From NCBI RefSeq assembly GCF_000143415.4, contig NW_003314262.1, positions 3,274,603 to 3,338,602 on the forward strand: 64,000 nucleotides of DNA, read 5' to 3'. The notes beneath the pieces are model-generated. The model was not told the DNA's origin, searched no databases, and was given only the letters and a program-made list of their open reading frames with translations. Positions 60,434 to 64,000 of this stretch are shown here, one piece after another. The stretch comes from Selaginella moellendorffii (lineage: Eukaryota; Plantae; Lycopodiophyta). Numbering within the stretch: the first letter of the stretch is position 1; every line of letters begins with the position of its first letter. The translations under genes were made by a program, and so were the position numbers.

Positions 60434-61402
60434 CTTTTGTAAATCTTGTAATAAATCTTGCAAATTAATAAAGTAATATATTTCTATAAATCAAAGTGTC
60501 ATTTCTCTTGTTCGTTTGTACTTGGGTTAGTTTTGGCAGGCTGACTTAAGCACTTCAGTGCATGGGTCTAATCCATAACCATAGGGATAACTATTATAGA
60601 CTGATCACAAGTCCCCACCTCTCTCTCGATGATTCATTTTCAAAAAGGGGCATGGTTGTGTAAACAACTTAATCTGCCAATTTATAATAGTTGTCTAAAT
60701 CTTCCCGATGGGGTTGATTTCTTGCTCAAGAGAAGTTGGGCTTCTAGCCTTCTCCCTATGTCCCTGTGGGCAGGGATGTATCATTCCTTTGTATACTTGG
60801 AGCAGCAAGGCTAGCTAACTCCGTTAATCATTTCCTTGTCGGTGATGGCCAGAGGGTGTCTAAGTCTTAATGTCTTTGGACGTAGAGGAGAGGTCGTTCC
60901 ATAACTCATTTAAGTCAGTGCATTTCCCACATAGTGTGCTTTCCGTTAAATTTCGGAGTTAAGCTCTATTTCGTTAAAGTGGGAATTGTCATTATCCCAC
61001 TTGTAAAATAAGGTTTCCAAACCTTTATATAGTATATAAATATAACAAAATTCAACTGCATTGAGGCACATGCCATTTTATTTTAAACAAGGAAATGTCT
61101 ACTCAATCACTTTTCCTCCCTCTGCCACTGCTTCACCTCTCTCTTCTCCTTGTCATCGTCGTCCAATTTCTTTCCATCCTTTTAATATTGGCTCAGTTGC
61201 TCCGAGTCTAGGTGGAGCCCAAGTCCCCATTCAATCTTTACTTTCCCCTTATTAATAAAACAACTTCGTAGACTTCCAATAACATGTTATAACACTTCTA
61301 GTATAATGCAAATCCTCTCAAAGAATTGTCTTTTAATATTAATACAATGGCATGGAACCCCATGCCATAATAAGTTACATTTTTAAATAAATACATGCCA
61401 TC

Positions 61403-63756
61403 TCAGACTGTTATTTTTTGCCTCCAACGCCTATACAATAATCTTGGAATTTCATCACTCTCCACACTATCAGGATTTAAACCCAATAGTAATGCCATCT
61501 CTTCTCTAATACGTCCACGCTCATGTTCAGTGGTCGAAGAACCCATCCGGTTGAGCAGATTATGGAGATGCGGATAGTGCTTGGCTAGACAATATACATG
61601 CCATAAATGATGACTGGTGTCTATCCAATCAAATGGCTTCTGATATACCGTTCCATCTGCCATTTGGTTGATTTCTGCAGCCACCTCCTGGACTGGCCGG
61701 TTCTCTATCACCATCGCTCCAAGCCGTTTTGCAAGGTCCCCCAGAACATACGGTTTCTTCTCCCTAGTTTCCATATTGCAAGAGATGGGGTGCACTGCAT
61801 ATGTATGCGTGTTCACTGCAGTTTTAATCGGCGAGTCATCGATGATGAGGATTTCACTTGACCTAGCAGTCCGGTTCATCACTACAGCCTCTGGCTTGAC
61901 GAAGATGGGATTGCTACCCCTCACATAGACCATAGTCAAGCAATCCTCCTACGTTAGGAGAAAGTCAAATGGTAATATTACTCGCGTCTGATCGTGCATC
62001 ATCTGTAGCAACGTTAATGCATTGTGGCGCATCATGGATGTCCAAACTCCCAATTGCAAATTGAACCCGGCCCTCTGTTTTAAGTGTCGCATGGTCATTA
62101 TTAGATCCCGCAATTTCTCCCACGTGATTAATGTGAATCTGTCTCTTTTGACCAACTTGCAACCACAGGCTTTGGAGGGTGCAGTGACATTCGAGGACGA
62201 ACCATGCTTATGGGAGAAAAGGACACCGTTCAGATCAAAAATGATACAGTACCTTCGCCGTGACTCTGAAATGAAATGCGTCAGTATAAAAAATGGTACA
62301 AGTCAATTTTACCATCTACAATATTAGCGAATGGTGCTCCCGATGGTCGTTGAGAGGGTTTTGGTCGAGGAAACGTGAAGGGCGGAAATACTCTCCTCTG
62401 CAATGTGGGGTCAATCGCATCCGATGGCGTGTGGGCACATGCCATTTCAGCTGTAGACTCTGGTACAACTGGCTCAACAGTGGCATGGGGTGGTTTCGAT
62501 GGCGTGTGATCACACGCCATTTCAGCTGGTGCCTCCATTGGCAAAGTGGACATGACCGAACAGGCAGCAAGAGCGGTGTAGGGAGGTTCCAACGGCGCGT
62601 AGTCAGACGATTGGGCACACGTTGAGTCCGTTGGAAATGAGGATACGACCGGCTCGGCGGCTGGGGCGGCCTCATGCGGGTCCAATAGCGCCTGGTCACC
62701 GTCAGTTGGATACATAGAGAAGATTGACTTAGTGGTATGGGCAGCATCAAGTGGAGCGTGGTCAGCTTGCTTGGCGTTGATATGGATAGTAGCCTCCGCC
62801 AGCTCTGATGACTCTTGCAAGCAAGTAGAGTCCACTAGCGGATCCATATGCATGTCCAAATATCTCCCTTCGATTGAGATGGTATCCTCCCGTGCTACTA
62901 AAAACAAACTCATTAGCACATTGAATCGACTATACTGTATTTACCATCAACTGCTATTGAGGAACTAGGATCGATATCACTTGGGCACATTGTTGATTCT
63001 GAAGGATTGGACATACGTTTCGACCCTTGCTTGGCACTATCCTTCCTCGACACTAAAGGCTAGAGTTTGTATCTTAATTCAACTGAATAATCTCTACTTA
63101 CCATTTGCTCTGCGACCTACATGGACAATGTTAGAAATGGTAAAAGGTTAGGAATGGATGTACTATTATTTACCTGATGGTTTGTCTTGTATGACCTTTC
63201 TCCGCTACTCTTTGGCCACCTCAGGCTGGCCATCGTCGTCATCATCGTCGTCGTCGTTATTGTGATCGTCACCATTGTGAGGACCATCCAAGTCCTCTTC
63301 ATCCTCCTCTTCTTCGTCCTCCTCTTCTTTGTCCTCATCTTCGTCCTTCTGCTCTTCCTGCTCATTATCTTTCTCTGGCTCCTCATCCCCCTCCTGCATT
63401 TCTTCCATAGGCTGCTCAGGCTGGATGGCTTGTTCTTCCAGGACCATCTTGGGAAAATCATCTGGCCGAGTCTCCATCTCAAAATACAAGACATCCATAG
63501 CCTGTTTTAGTGCGTGACCTAGGACCGTATCCTCACCCGACTGTCTTAACATGGTTTCTGCATGTTCTTGCACCCTTCGAAGACGACGAGATAAGAAAAA
63601 CGTGGCCCTGACTTGAAAAGCATCCCTCATCCATTGTACCTCTCCATTGAGATTGGGGAAGGGGAGTCCGCCATAGGAATCTGAGTCAGGAGGTGGTGAC
63701 TGGCTGCTTTCACTTAGCCCTTGATCTGCAATGAATGGCATGAGCACACATGCCAT
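61403..63756 (-). pseudogene. Intron-containing gene with acidic/low-complexity N-terminus and C-terminal FCP1/SCP (NIF)-like HAD domain; in-frame stop at 61949-61951
   Basis: RRRYCIIFDLNGVLF...LGVWTSMMRHN...FLLT*EDC...PIFVK...ILIIDDSPIKT..N..VHP (62260-61790). 47-bp introns 62266-62312 and 62898-62944 join upstream exons in frame. Confidence 0.75.
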
Positions 63757-64000
63757 AACCGCGAGGCATTACCTATCATCTTTTCGTTGCCCTTCTTCTT
63801 TTTCGAATCAAACGCCTCTGATCCCGACGACTGTCCAACGTGCTTTTGCTTTTTATGACCACTGTCAGTTTGAGCTTGATCTGCAAGAAATGGCATGAGG
63901 ACCCACGCAATAACCATGACGCTTTACTTCCCGTCCTTAGAGGCTCTGTCATGCCTTCTGCATCCTCAGGTGCCTGCTCCTCAATTCCCTTTCGCTTTCG

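Overview
Eukaryotic nuclear DNA from a compact non-seed land-plant genome. A lycophyte such as Selaginella moellendorffii is inferred from introns of about 46-80 bp, expanded PLS-class PPR genes, a flagellar SHIPPO/ODF3-repeat gene and very short intergenic gaps. 1-9.3 kb: tandem array of L-gulonolactone-oxidase-like genes (one intact, two deleted copies). It is interrupted by a foldback/minisatellite block holding a 5S-rRNA-bearing Cassandra-type TRIM (5406-5959, TSD CCATG) and a solo LTR of the same family (7209-7402, TSD TTGAC). 9.9-40.4 kb: gene-dense block with IQD, a Crinkler-type REase+kinase gene, a CYP72-clan P450, SHIPPO-repeat, three PPR-E, LysM, MIPS, SNF7/VPS32, cytosolic MetRS and a Crinkler/RHS-type NTPase+REase gene. 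40.8-64 kb: nested transposon block. It contains a decayed chromodomain Ty3/Gypsy element whose RT is replaced by about 9.7 kb of other repeats, including a complete 4.5 kb PIF/Harbinger element (22-bp TIRs, TTA TSD). Downstream of the chromodomain, with no 3' LTR seen, lies an antisense intron-containing gene for an FCP1/NIF-like HAD domain that may be retroelement cargo. The most notable candidates are the two Crinkler-type nuclease-effector genes, the Cassandra family in a probable lycophyte, and the possible HAD-domain cargo of the chromovirus.
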